Source: the human T2T-CHM13v2.0 reference genome, Homo sapiens. From it: a stretch of DNA of 64,000 nt. Location of the stretch: the NCBI RefSeq assembly GCF_009914755.1, contig NC_060937.1. One strand, written 5' to 3'. The notes under the pieces were generated by a model that saw only the letters and a program-made list of their open reading frames with translations, was not told where the DNA came from and searched no databases. Positions within the stretch are counted from its first letter, which is position 1. Every line of letters starts with the position of its first letter. Below, piece by piece: positions 26,006 to 40,547 of the stretch. The position numbers and the translations under genes were made by a program.

Positions 26006-28068
26006 CTGTAAATGGAGAAAAACAATTAGCATGCCCTGTTTTAGTGTGACCTTGGTAGGAGTGAAGGGTTTTTTTGTTTATTTGGAATAAGCTCAAGATT
26101 ATGTAGCAAAAGAAATGCAAATCATTTTTGTGTATAAATCATTTGAAAAAGTAGCCCCCCAAAAGTAATTGTGTAGCATTAAATGTATTTTACTCTCCCA
26201 GTTGTTTGAGAAAAACAGCAAACTGCAACTTAAGAGATGTTTGCTCATTTATTTATTTAGTCCTGTAGACCCTTGGGATGTAAAGTTGCTGTGTCTTCTT
26301 ACTGGGAGCAGAATCTGCCAGGAGGAAATTCACAGAAGGGTGCTGGTGCTGCCTAATTTATAAACCCAAAGAAGTGTCATGGAAATTGCTGAGTTTTTAA
26401 GGATATTTGGCAAGTTTTATTTGTTTCATTAGTTGTTGTTTTATTCTATTTTAATAGGAGATAGAAATATTAGTGTAGAATGACAATAGAAACATGTGGA
26501 GACAATGAAGAAGTAGTATTAGGAAAAGGAAGCAAATGCAAATAGGACATTCTCTGCAGATCCAGAAATTCAAACTCTAATTGAGTTTTGAAGAAGTAAA
26601 ATTATACAAAGCTTGTGGAGTTGCTAAGGACTTAGGTTATACCCAAATAACTAAGGTATAAGAAACCCTGTAATCAATTTATCAAATCACTTTATAGAGC
26701 TGTTAAAGAAAATGAATACATTTGTATTAATGTTTTATTGTGTACTCTGATAGGACTAGGATTATGTAAATTTTAAGAAGAGGCCCATCTATTCATGGGG
26801 GTATTATAGTGTACTTGGAATTATGTGTAGTGGTTTTGGAGATGAGAGAATTTCTGAACAGTACACTGCTATTGAATATTATTCAACACTACTAATCTAT
26901 CAAAAGTTGCCAGAATTAAAGGGACTAGCTCCTTCCACTTAAAGGTTTGGTTCATGATTTGGTGGTTTCAGCCAGTGACTGGTAACTACTTTAAATTGAA
27001 CTACACGTTTAGTGCATCCTGGGAAACCAGGAGATAGAGGCTGCAAAGCAGTATGAGGCAACTTCTGTCTTACACTAGCTGATTAAAAGACAAAAGGTCT
27101 GATTTGAATAGCTTTAGCTCCTATAATTCTACAATACCTACAAAATTTTAGCTGAGAGCCATTTTTTATCCTTCATTATTGAGATGTGAAATAACCTATG
27201 CTAGAGTGGCAGTTTCATCTAACATTTTCACTGCCCAGAATGATTGGGCAGTGTTCTACAGTAATTATTTTCGTCAAGGAAAGTCAATTATTTGAAGGAT
27301 CTCATTAAAGAATTGCTACTTAATAGTATTATCTCAAAGTACCAAGCCCATGTTAATTGAGTATTGTTATAGGGCAGATAAAATCAGAGAAAATTAATAT
27401 GTGTGCAGATTATTGCAAAAGATTGGTTTGTTTAAATTCTGTTATATACAGAATGCCCTAGATTGCTTAGTAGGAAGCTAGTTCAGTTTCAGTTTAGCAG
27501 ATACTCTTAGAGTAGGAAAGTGGATAAACACATTCATTTATACAATGAGTTTTTCAAAATTTAGAGGTGCCATGGAAAATTGCTGAAACTCAGGCCTCTT
27601 TGCAAAGACTTGTGTTTGCAGATATTCCACTATATTCAGGATTATGTACTACCTGGAGGTATATCTTTAAAATTTAGTTAAATTTGAAGGGGTTCAGAAA
27701 AGCATTATCAATAAATTTGGGAAAAAGCAGATTCTAAATTGACACATAATAATTTTATTATTTTTTTCATATCACAGTAAAATGTGTTGGATACATTATA
27801 GCCAAACAAGTTATAACCAATATTCAGAAAAATATGACTTTTCTATTTACTAACACTACCAGTGAATGTAAGGAAATAAATAATATTTAGGGGCTAGGGT
27901 TATTGAAGGCACTATGTCAACAAATTCCCCAGAATTAAAAAAAAAAAAAGAGGAAAAAAGAATGAATGAAAAGAACCTCTTACAAAGTTAATGCTGGAAA
28001 ACCAAAACCATGTGAGAGTGGATGAGAGTTCAGCTCTAAGAAGATTATTCTGCATCGCCACACCCCCC

Positions 28069-28070
<2 letters not shown>

Positions 28071-28117
<47 letters not shown>
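28071..28117. repeat. (CA)n
   Basis: Direct reading. Confidence 0.97.
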
Positions 28118-28120
<3 letters not shown>

Positions 28121-29694
28121 CATATTAACATACATTATTAGGGAAAGGGTTATCATGTTATCATGAACCTTCAAGAAGCATCATTGTACTCACTTTTGTT
28201 GATTCTAGTATGCATTTCTATTAAATTCTGACACTTTATCTGGGTTTGGGGTATAGTATATCTCGGTAGGGAAAATAAATCACAATTTCTCACAGATATC
28301 TGGTTGTAAAATTCTATGCAGTGTTTGTCAGTGTCCTTAAATGCTATCCATGGGAAAAATTCAAACAGAAATGGCTAATTCAAACAGAAAATGAGTTTTC
28401 GTTATATTCCTATACTATGTGAAGTTATTTTCATGCAGTCTATATTTAGAACTGAAGGAAAACTAAATATTCTCTTTGTTCAGTGCAATTGCTACCACAA
28501 GTCTATGTTTATCCAGATATTAAGAGGAAGTGGAAAAAGTACATAGAATTGGATAAGGGTGGAGTGATAAGGGTCCAGAAGTAAATCCCTTCACAGAGGA
28601 GCTCGGTATCAGTTGTGGCCCAGATGTTGTAAGAAACGCTGAGCTTAGCAACTTCACAGACAATATAGAGAAAACTGACAGCCCTAGTTTTCTCACTAAT
28701 GTCACTGTGTGCTTCATTTTACTTTGTGATGAGGGAGCTTCATTAATCAAAATTTCCTGCATCAATGTAGATGTCCTCAGATGTAGATTTGATAGATAAC
28801 CTCTTTAATAGTGAGAATGGATATATCAAATACAGCACATTTCTTTTGGCACCAAGCCATAAGCAAAATCAATGGTATTGGCTCATTGATGTCTCTGAGC
28901 ACATAAAACTAGCGATGGTTTTAGTATGTTTGGAAGTTAAGCTAGAGGTCATTAACAAAAAAAAAATAGCTGGTATGAAGATGACAGCATCTGTGTTTTC
29001 CAAAGAGAGATTTTTGTGCTTTCTTTCATTTTTGTCAGAACCATTATAAAACTACCCTTTAAAAAAGTCTATAACTCTGCCCTTGTACTTCATCTAAGCC
29101 ATTCTCTAACTCCACATAAGATATCCTGCCTTCTTCATCGCAATGAGCAGTTAATGCTCCATGTCTAATTGGACAACTACACTGTCAAATTTGCTTCCAC
29201 TCAGATGTATAGCATCAAAAACTACAATTGGTGAGGTTCACAATTTTGATTTTGATCACTAATTCTGTGTCAGGAAAGGCAATTTTTTTTTGCAGTAATT
29301 CTGATGCATGCACTACTCCCTTTTATTGCAGTGGGGTGTGTCTTTGCAGGAATATGTAGATCCAAGATCAGGGCCAACAGCATTTCCTTTTGGCATGTTT
29401 TCTAAGAAAAGATGGATCTTTTTCTTATTGAATAAATATTTAGATACTTGCCATGAATGCAATAATTGTCAAAAAACAAAAGAATATAGATATGTTCCTT
29501 TCTATGACTCTTGCTGGGGGTAGTAAATTTAAAAGATGGAATCCTCGGTCTTACAAACCTGAAACTCCTTCCAGAAGCATTTCACAGTATGCCTGACTTA
29601 TATTAGTAACCTATGACAGGATGCCTAGCTATTTCAAAGGCACAGCTTTGACTAAAATACTATCTTAATGTAAGCATTTTAAAATGTTAAATCC

Positions 29695-29840
29695 CTACCA
29701 CATGCAAAGCACTGTGCTTAATATTTTAAAAGTCGATTAGTATTATCCCAATATTACAGATGAAGAAAGCATAACATAAGTAACTGGTAGACCCAAATTA
29801 ATATTTAGATTCATATGATACCAAATACTCTACTTTTTTG
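29695..29840 (-). mobile_element. MIR fragment
   Basis: GCACTGTGCT...TATTATCCCAATATTACAGATGAAGAAA resembles the MIR core. Confidence 0.6.
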
Positions 29841-30123
29841 TCTATAAACTCCTACCTCCCTCTATGTGTATTTTTGTCTCTATCTAGACATCAAACATAG
29901 TGTCCTGCCTTAGTTAGTAGATATCCTGTGTACTCTCCACTAGAAACTTTCTTTTAACAAGGAGATGAGCTGTTTAGGTTCAGCAGAAAGTGCCATAATG
30001 GATGCCATGAGGATGAAGAAAAGAGCCTTCGTGTAAAGTTACACTATGTGCATTTGGTTTTTTTTTTTTAATCAAGTACAGAGAATTTCAGAACAGTATG
30101 CATCAACACAGTGATATGTATGA

Positions 30124-30427
<304 letters not shown>

Positions 30428-30589
30428 AAATTCTGTATTTTTAATCATATAATATCTCATCCTGGAATGCCTGAGATTGTCGCTGGATTTAGTTTAACTC
30501 CCTTTCTTTCTGAGCCATATCATTCTGTTCCAAAGAATTCAACCCAAGTTCAATACTAGCATTCCGCAAGTAACCCAAAATGTGGAGTA

Positions 30590-30665
30590 AGATATGATAT
30601 ATTATATTATTTTATATTATGTATGTCATATCACATCACATTATGTCATGTCATATCATATTATT
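30590..30665. repeat. Degenerate pentamer repeat (ATATT/ATGTC)n
   Basis: Direct reading. Confidence 0.8.
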
Positions 30666-32769
30666 ATTCTTTTCAATGTCATGATTTTAATACTGTCTTA
30701 AATAAGGATGCAGATTTAACTTGTTGCATATTTTTAGATCTCAACAGTTTTATACTGTAAGGTATTATGTCAGGTAATGAAGTGCCTGAGATTGCTGCTA
30801 TAGGTGCTTTATATTGGAGTTACTACTTTCTGAATTTAAAAATGAGAGAACATTATGACTTCATTAGAAGAAAATAGCATTATTTCTTAATTATTTGATA
30901 GATTTTTCTTTATTTCCAGTTTTGTTCAATTATGTTTCAGTTAATCTCATTATACATAGAGATGTTTGTGTCCTTCGATTGCATTTAGACTTACAGAATT
31001 ACAGTAATACAAGTTCTTAACATTCATAGAAAATATGCCAAGTTTTCTAAACCTTTTCTTATACATACACCCACATCTTTCTTATTTGAGTCTTTGTGCA
31101 TAAACTACAATAACAGACTGTATGTTCACGTCTCTCCCTAGTTCAAAAGAAAACATCAGGCACAGAAGGCAGCATATGACTGAGTCCTTCTGCCTCTTAC
31201 AGGCTTCAGATACACTTTTACAAGTGCCCTCCATAATAAATGTGAACTTCAAGCTTCATACAGGTATTGATTTAACCTCCAGAGACATATCAAAGTAAAT
31301 ATAATTTAACCATTGTCCAACATGTTATCCTCTTTTCCAAGCAGGTGTGTTTTTTGTTAATGTCAATGTTTTTGCAGAATTGCTTTTCAGAAAACAGTTT
31401 TTCTCTGTTCTCTGAAGCAAAGAAAAAATAAAAATTTTATAAATTTTTTAATCCAAAAAATGTCACTCCAATCAGTCAATGCCCAACTCTTATGTTCTTA
31501 TATTCATGAACCAGCTGTCTTTATTTCATCAATTATAATTTATATCTGGCTTTGGTGATTGTTAATCCATGCTGTCATAATCAAGGCCACTGTAGACAGA
31601 GGAACTTATACTATCACTAAGAGCTTTGGGATTTTATTTTTTTTCTTTTATTTGTTATGAAATGACACATATAGGGCATTTTGATTCTACAAAAACATCT
31701 TGTAGATAAACGCTTATTGCTACTCAGACATTATCAGCATTTAACAGAAATGAATTCTTGACATAGTGCTTTGAAGTAATTAGCCAATTCAGTAATCTGC
31801 AGAAGCAGAAAATAAATGAGTACCTAAGGGTGAGTGGCCAACATTTGAGATACTAAGCATTTCTCTTTTGAAATGCACAATCTATATTTAATATGGGAAA
31901 TAAACTAAAATTAATCACTGCCAATACAACTGTTAGGAAAGACAAGAACTCATTAAAAAGTAGAGAATTGTATCCTTGTATAAAACCTTCATGGTTAGTA
32001 CAATTCCTATAGATAACCATAAAGACATACCGATGGGAGTAACCATTTTAAATAATTCTTATTAAACACTTCAAATATTAACCAATAAACACAAAATTAC
32101 TATAGCATGCCTGATTGTTCTTACTCTTTTTGAAATGTGCAAAGAGAGAAAACAGGGTTTTCTCTGTGCTCATGATTATTGACATTCTTTTTGGAGTACA
32201 CAAGAAGAGAACACGAATGTGAAGAGGCAAGAGGGTTTAAGAAATAACCTAGTGCAAAAATGATTTAAACGTAAGTAAAGGAAAATTAGTCTGTTGGATC
32301 ATGGGTAGTAAAGTTTCATCATATAAAGAAGACTCAGAGAGACTAGTGTCATGGCAACAAAGAAAAGCATTTCATAAGAGAATGTTATTATCAAAATTCT
32401 AAGTGATCGAAGCAAATAAAGAATGAAATGTGAACTTTGGATATAAACTTTGGAGATTAGCTGGGTTGTACATATAGCACTGAGAGCAGAAAAGAATTGG
32501 AATTTAGAGAGTCACATTTTTTTTTTCTATATGTCAGGCATGATCAAAAGAAGTGGGGCATTACCTAGAAAGGATTAAGAGTAAATGATAATATTTATTC
32601 TTGATGATGTTGCTGTTGTTGCCTGGGTTGTTAAATATGAAAGACACTTTGGCATAAGGCCTCTACATTGTAAGTTCTTTATAAATGTTATTGAATTGAT
32701 GTTTACAACCTCACAGGCAGCTACAGGACAGGGCATTTTGAAATATTTCAATGGAGAAATGAGAAATGG

Positions 32770-33474
32770 TGAGAGGTGAAGCCAGCTGGACTTCCTGGGT
32801 CGAGTGGGGACTTCGAGACTTTTCTGTCTAGCTAGAGGATTGTAAATGCAGCAGTCAGCACTCTGTAAAAACACACCAATCAGTGCTCTGTGTCTAGCTA
32901 AAGGATTGTAAACTCAACAATCAGCACTCTGTAAAATGAACCAATCAGCACTCTGTGAAATGGACCAATCAGCACTCTGTAAAATGGACCAATCAGCAGG
33001 ATGTGGGCAGGGCCAAATAAGGGAATAAAAGCTGGCCACCAGAGCCAGGAGTGGCAACCCACTCCGGTCCCCTTCCACGCTGTGGAAGCTTTGTTCTTTC
33101 ACTCTTCACAGTACATTTTGCTCCCTCTTTGGATCTGTACTACCTTTATGAGCTGTAACACTCACTGTGAAGGTATGCAGCTTCACTCCTGAAGTCAGAC
33201 CACGAACCCACCCAGGGGGGGAACAAACAACTTCAGACATGCCACCTTTAAGAGCTGTAACACTCACTGTGAAGGTCTGTGGTTTCATTCCTGAAGTCAG
33301 CAAGACCATGAACACACCCAAAGGAAGGAACTCTGGACACATCTGAACGTCTGAAGGAACAAACTCCAGACACACCATCTCTAAGAACTGTAACACTCAC
33401 CACGAGGATCCACAGCTTCATTCTTGAAGTCAGCGAGACAAAGAACCCACCGGAAGGAACCAATTCTGGGCACA
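32770..33474 (+). mobile_element. LTR12 (HERV9) solo LTR
   Basis: Start TGAGAGGTGAAGCCAGCTGG; tandem CCAATCAGCACTCTGT repeats; end ...CACA; perfect TSD ATGG. Confidence 0.96.
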
Positions 33475-36112
33475 ATGGTACAGAAAATTCCTAGAATAGC
33501 AAGAAAAGAATTCATTGAGATAACATCAAAAGTTGAGGGAAATGCAAGTAGTTTGAGAGGAATGTAATACATCTATCATGAGGGTTATAGATAGAATTCC
33601 AAGAGTAATACCATGTAAAATAAGGGGGTATATATCTGTCATAAGAGGTTTTAATTTTGGAAGAGATTTGTAGAACAAAATGAGGCAAAGTCCAGAGGAA
33701 ACTTGTTTTCTTAATTTGTTTGGATGGAAGTGAATTAAATACTTTTTGTTTGTTTAAGGGGACGTACCCAGGAGAATAGGAAACTTACAAAATTGTTGGA
33801 AATGTGATTCTAGTGCCCATTATGTCACACTCTTGTGTTGTTTCTCTGAGAGTTGCACTAAGAAAGTTCAAATACCTGTTGGCTTCCATAGACTAAATTC
33901 GGGCTGATAACGAGAAGTAAGTTCGTGAACACATTCTACTTTCTATTTCGTTTTGTGCTAAGGTTTTTACAGAAAGCTTATGTGCTTCTACATATTTTAA
34001 AGGACATTTAGTAAATGAGATATAAAGAGATTGTTGTCTCAGTTCAGAGGGGTTGCCATGGAAAGAAGCATAGTTATTTTGCATTTGCAAAGGCAAGTTG
34101 CAGGAATTAATATGTATAGTTGGATAGTTGGATATGGGTAGAAATTTTGGCCTGACAAACTAATATGTCTTGCAGTTGAAGTAATTTTGTGACATTATTT
34201 CTAACTTTTACTTTTAAATTAAACTAATTTTGTGCTATAGAGAGGTTAGAAGGAGTGCTACAAGCAATATGATCATATATATGTATGAATTTTGCATTAC
34301 ACAGAGGTTCCTGACCAAGGGGAGTAAAGGAGATGGAATGAAGCTTGTGTGCTGTACTTCAAGTCATGCATCCAGTACCATTTTCCTGCACATAAAGCGC
34401 TATCTATTCATTAAGATTTCTAGTTGCAGAGCTGGATCCATCCATAAAAAGAACCATTTTTCTAATTTATAGAAAGATGTCTCATGGCCTAGAAACAGGC
34501 CTTGAGCAAGAGCAAGCCCTGCCTTTCTCATATAGAATATGTACTGTTTTCTTATATATAGCCTCTTTCTTTAAATTTGATAAGATAATTATTATGAATC
34601 AATTTTATTACTTTGTTAAATATTATATTGTGCTTAAATTATATAATACGATTTTTAAATGAATAAATTTTAAATATATTTTAATAGATAAAGTAATATG
34701 AAAGTATAAAGTATCAACAAAAGACAAAATAATAAGAGAAAAAGTTAAAAACTGAACTAGAACATTACTAGGAAATATTAGGTATATGAATATATAAGAA
34801 GAAAAGAGTCAATGTTTACTACATTATTGATAGTCATGTTTACACGTTTTAAAAAATCAGATAAGTACACTGAAAATATATCCACTTTTTACCTCTCAAT
34901 TAAAAAAATTAGATCTGTTAAAGGGAGTTTTAAAATGAATGAAATGACACATACAGACAAATGATGCAAAGTCTGTAACATTTCCCGGCAACAGTGAGCA
35001 AGAGGTGTCTAGAGATGAAATACACTTACTCTCTTCTATTTCTTCCCATATTATCAAAACTAGGCCCTTGGCACTTGAGATCCTCATGTTAGAGGTGCCC
35101 AGCAAAGAAGCCTTTATGCCCTATCTTTTCTTCTTGTGCATTTCCAAGTTGCATCTGTGCATTTAGAATGGTAAGGAATTGCTCTTAGGGGTGTGGTGGA
35201 GAGGAGCTAATTAAATATTTCCAGGATGTGTGAGGTGATCAGCCTCCTAGCCCAAGAACTTTCTAAAGCTAATACTTAGGCTAAAATACAATGCAAATTT
35301 AGTGCCTTATCATTTTTAAGATGCCTTCAATAAACTATTTTAAAAAGGCAATATTGTGATTTTAAGGTATCTTTTAAATATTCTAAAATAACTTATCTCC
35401 ACATAGTTTAGCCCTCAGAGAGTAGTGTCACGACATCGAAAATGTGTGTCGAAAAAGTTAAATTGACAAAGCTATCTGTCATGCAGAGTCAAAAAGCTGA
35501 GGAGAAAATATTTCTAGGTATTCATGGTATTAAATGGAAGCTATTAGCTTGAGTAGAATTTTAGTTGTTTTGAAAAATCAATTCCTTGCATGCTTTTTTA
35601 ATTGATGAAAATCATTTTGTACACCTACTCAATAAAGCAAATTACTAATAATTATAAATAATTTAATTAATATTATTTATATGTATATTTGCATAATAAC
35701 TTTTAAAATGCTAAAAGAGAAATATTTTGTTTAGAACTATATTACTCTTATGAGACTCAAAAACTGAAATTCAGCCCTGGCTTATTATTTCATCAACAAT
35801 AAATATCTACCCTTATCTCTGCAATTTTCATAAGATTATCTGTGCAATTCTTTTTAATTACAATGTTCATCCATTGCTACGTGGCTACTTTACTTCTAAT
35901 TAGCTTTATTTGAAAAAGCCAATTACATACCATTCAGTTTCTTTCATTCACTATTTAATCACGACAGATTCTCAGGAAGCCAAGAGACAGATACTCTATA
36001 ATAAAAATAGCAAAAACAATAAAGTTCATGCCTTGAGAGTATATTTGTTTTTTCAGTATGTTGTTAGATCTATGTATTATTTTGTTATTTTTAATTTTTA
36101 AGATACTTTGTA

Positions 36113-36508
<396 letters not shown>

Positions 36509-38539
36509 TTATTAGTGTTGTACAGATAATAAAAAAAATACATCAACCATCATCATAATAGTCATCAACAATAGCACATTGAGCTTCTAAAATTACACGG
36601 TGTCCTGCTGGCTTTCAATAAACCAAATTATATAGCCTGGTCCTCGGCACTCTGTAAAATGTGATCACTGACAAATGCGTGCCCTTTTAAACCTACCAAC
36701 AAACGTGAAAATAAACCAACTTTTAGAACACAAATAAATACTAATAATTATCACCAGTTAAAAAATATTTGAGTACATTAGAATTATTCATTACTCCAGA
36801 ATTGAAAACAACTGAAGTCAAAAGCCTTTGCCATGCCATCTTTATGAACTTCTTAATTAACTTTATGAATTCCTCAATTAATTTTACTGCTCATTTTGGG
36901 ATAAAGAGGGCAAAAAGATTGCATAAACGATAGAAAGTGCTGTACATTTCTTTTCCATTCAGTTAAAGTGGTGTCTGATTATCAAATAAAACCTGCACCT
37001 CACAAATCTCTCAAGAAATCTTTTTTTCCACGTATCTCTTGCAATTGAAAGAACAAAAGCCATGCTCACACATTCTCCTGCATGAGGAATAACTGGTTTA
37101 TTTGGCTTGTCAGGGCCTTTGAAAGAAGCTGAGTGCTTAGGAAGGTAAATAATGAACATATGTTGCAAACCTAAAGTGTCTTGATAAGTGGATGCTTTTG
37201 TTGACTAATGCTGTTTCAAATGTGAAGTTGGGTATTCAAAACTCATGAAATAGTCCAGCAATGTTGACTTAAGGAGATAAGGTATATATTCTGCTAACAT
37301 TAACAGCAGACTTCATTTATTAAGATTTAGTGAGCTATAACTAGTGTAAAAAAATGAACATTCATGTTATATATTTATTTCAACTCTTTCAAGTCAAAGA
37401 AGCTAGGTAATGTGTAGATTAAAAAATATGTTTTCAGCTCACGTGCCCATGGGGCAACAGAGAACTAAGTAAATTTACCCACTCTTCTACCTAATCTTTA
37501 ACATATGCTATTGCTTGGAAAATGAAGTCCTGTAAGAGGACGTTGTCTAAACAAAAAATGGCATTTAAAAATGTAGTAAAAATCCCTACCTTGAGAAATT
37601 TAAGGAAAAATTAATCAAATACATATATATATATTAACCTAGCTCATGTCTTGTACATTATAGATACTCAAAAACTAGTAATCTTCTTGCTTTTTCATAT
37701 TCTTTTCACAAGCCAACTAGTTCAATTACATTAGTAATAATCAAGTAACTTATAATTCAGAAAAAAGCAGAATACTGTTAGAAATAATCTGTGTATCATT
37801 GCATTATTGCACAAAAGTCCATTTCCTTAAAAACATAATTCCTAATTAATGTATTTGAGTTTTTACTATTTTCTAATATAGAGCACTATAACTCACATTT
37901 TTCAAATAAAATTCATGTAAATTGAATAGAATTTTACAGAGGAAGTTAAATGGTATGTATTTTTATGTTAACAGAGAAGTGTGTTCCCAATTGGTACCTA
38001 ATTTGAAATATCCTTTGTCCAATAAAAATAATAATGTCCCCTCTATCATTTTATTCAGATGCAAAGTAATAAAAGCAAAACATCAATAGCAGGCAGTAAA
38101 ACAAAAATTAGCGCCAAGAAAATAGAAAGAGAAGATAGCCACAAGTTATAGGTAAGTAGAAAATTGTATTGGAGGAAAGCAAACTTCCTGAGGAGCTTCA
38201 TCAATGAAGACTTTGTGGAGAAAGTAAGCTTTGACTTGATATTATGCAAAGATTAGGAATCTTCGTTGGTTTTTAGCAAGCATCTAATCTAAGGAAGTGA
38301 CACAAATGAGAATGCTCTAGGATAAATGCAGCACAAGGTTTACTGAAGAATATCAGTTGAATAAGAATGAGCAAAAGGAGGACAGACAAGAATACAAAAG
38401 ATGCCATTGCCTAAGTGTTCTTAAATAACTAAAGTGAAGAAATGTGGGAGTTTACATGATAATTTTATTCAGGTGCTTTCAACATTTTTGTATTGTTATC
38501 CATAAAAGATTCATAGTTGTCATTATATTATGATTTGCC

Positions 38540-38697
38540 ATTTTTCTTTTATTTTTTATTTTATTCTATATTGGCAAATTATAATTGTTTATGAAGTACA
38601 AAGTGATGCTATGATATATGTATACAATGTAAAATTAACATATCCTAATGAACATATCCTTCACCTCAAATACTTATAGTTTACTCTTCTTGTCTAA
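38540..38697 (-). mobile_element. L1MA 3'-end fragment
   Basis: GATATATGTATACAATGT...AACATATCCTTCACCTCAAATACTTAT, preceded by a T-rich tail. Confidence 0.7.
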
Positions 38698-39034
38698 AAA
38701 ACATTATTTATAAATAGTCATTCTGGGCATTATTAAACAAGGATGCTTTTAGTGCCTGGATCATGGTTCTCAGAACAAGGGTATGTAACCCTAATGAAAG
38801 GAACCCACATAGTGAGCTAAAAGTCTATAGATTATGGGAGATACAATTATGAATGCTATATAAATTATCTTCTTGGACAACGGACTGAAAACATAAAACC
38901 AGGAAGAACGCATATTGATGATACCTCGTGTAGATATTTCACATAAGAAATGTCATTTGTTTCCAATCTAGTAGAACATAGCTTGGCTATGTCTTAAGTG
39001 GACTCACAGATGGTCTTCTTTACCTTAGAGAATG

Positions 39035-39067
39035 TGCTACATTTCAGGGTCAGTCCTTCATCAGGCA
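39035..39067 (-). ncRNA. Minimal type-I hammerhead-ribozyme-like motif (possibly a fossil Penelope-like element)
   Basis: UGC-CUGAUGA-AGG(ACUGAC)CCU-GAAA-UG-UA^-GCA: conserved core plus 3-bp stems I and II. Confidence 0.4.
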
Positions 39068-39366
39068 GGCTCAGCACACGTTATTGTTAGTTTTAAAAAT
39101 CAGATTGTTTCAGAACCAGATACATGAAAGTAAAAAGACAGACACATAAAAGCAGCACATCAATATTAATATGTAATAAACCCAAATAAATTGAATTGTA
39201 TTTCTGTCACCATTACCAGATGACCTGTGCTGACATCCCTAGTACATCCTTACTCTGTATACTGTTTTACTTTGGGATCTAAGTTGTTTAACATAGAATT
39301 AGTCCAATGAAACCTTTTTAACATAAGCATAGCCTTTCATTCCTAAATATGTGATATGCCCTTTAC

Positions 39367-39582
39367 CTTTGTAGGTTTCCATTCCTGCCCATGCCCTCTT
39401 GAACACTGGCATTAATATTTGCAGTGTTACAATAAAGTCGGACAGGCACAGGATCTCTTTCCGGTTAGCTTACACAACTTTAGGTAATGGCATATCTTTT
39501 GAATGTTAGCCATAATGTTTTCATTTGTTTCCATTCTTTCTTTATTCTTTGGAAGGAGGCTCACGTCAAATACCAAAAACAG
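39367..39582 (-). other. Candidate 216-nt non-coding/UTR exon
   Basis: Acceptor TTCCCTGTCTGCTTTTTTTCAG| and donor AAG|GTAAAG; stop codons in all three frames. Confidence 0.3.
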
Positions 39583-40187
39583 CTGAAAAAAAGCAGACAG
39601 GGAATCATGTGTGTTCATACTACATACCATCCGAATCATTAGGAAAATCAATTAAAATTTCATAAATCATTTTAACAAATATGTATTATTTCTAATGTGA
39701 TAGGCAACATGATTGTAACTACAATTAGAATGAGCATGGTACAGCTTCTGTCTTCAAGGAGGTTATTGGTTAAAGGATACTCCTTAGTTTCCTTTAAGTT
39801 CGCCTAATTCTCAATTGCCTCATTCATATAATTGCCATTTTGCCATATTGACCACTTATTGTCATATTTAACAATGATAAATTTTCATTTACTTTTTTGA
39901 TAACTTATAGGCCTAGGAACATAGATTACACATAAGAGTCTTTTAATTGTTGCAATGTTGTAATGAGATTCTTAAACTTAATTATTACATAATATGTTTA
40001 AAGGAATCAATATTAAATCAGGGATAAATGTAATTTAATTATAATTGCATGAAATAAATGTTTATATTATTTGTTTTTATTATTAGGAAGATGTGTGAGG
40101 GATATTTATAATATGTGTTCATGCAATTTTAAGTTATTTTTATTAAGAAAGCAATAACTCTGTGTTAAATATATCAATGTTCAATTA

Positions 40188-40547
<360 letters not shown>

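Noticed and set aside
36963-37144. Plus-strand exon-like segment (CAG|...AAG|GTAAAT)
   Set aside because: Stop codons in all frames, moderate donor and no supporting neighbouring exons; pseudo-exons are common.
38990-39062. SECIS reading of ATGA...AAA on the minus strand
   Set aside because: No proper helix II or 3' GA quartet; the hammerhead fold fits better.
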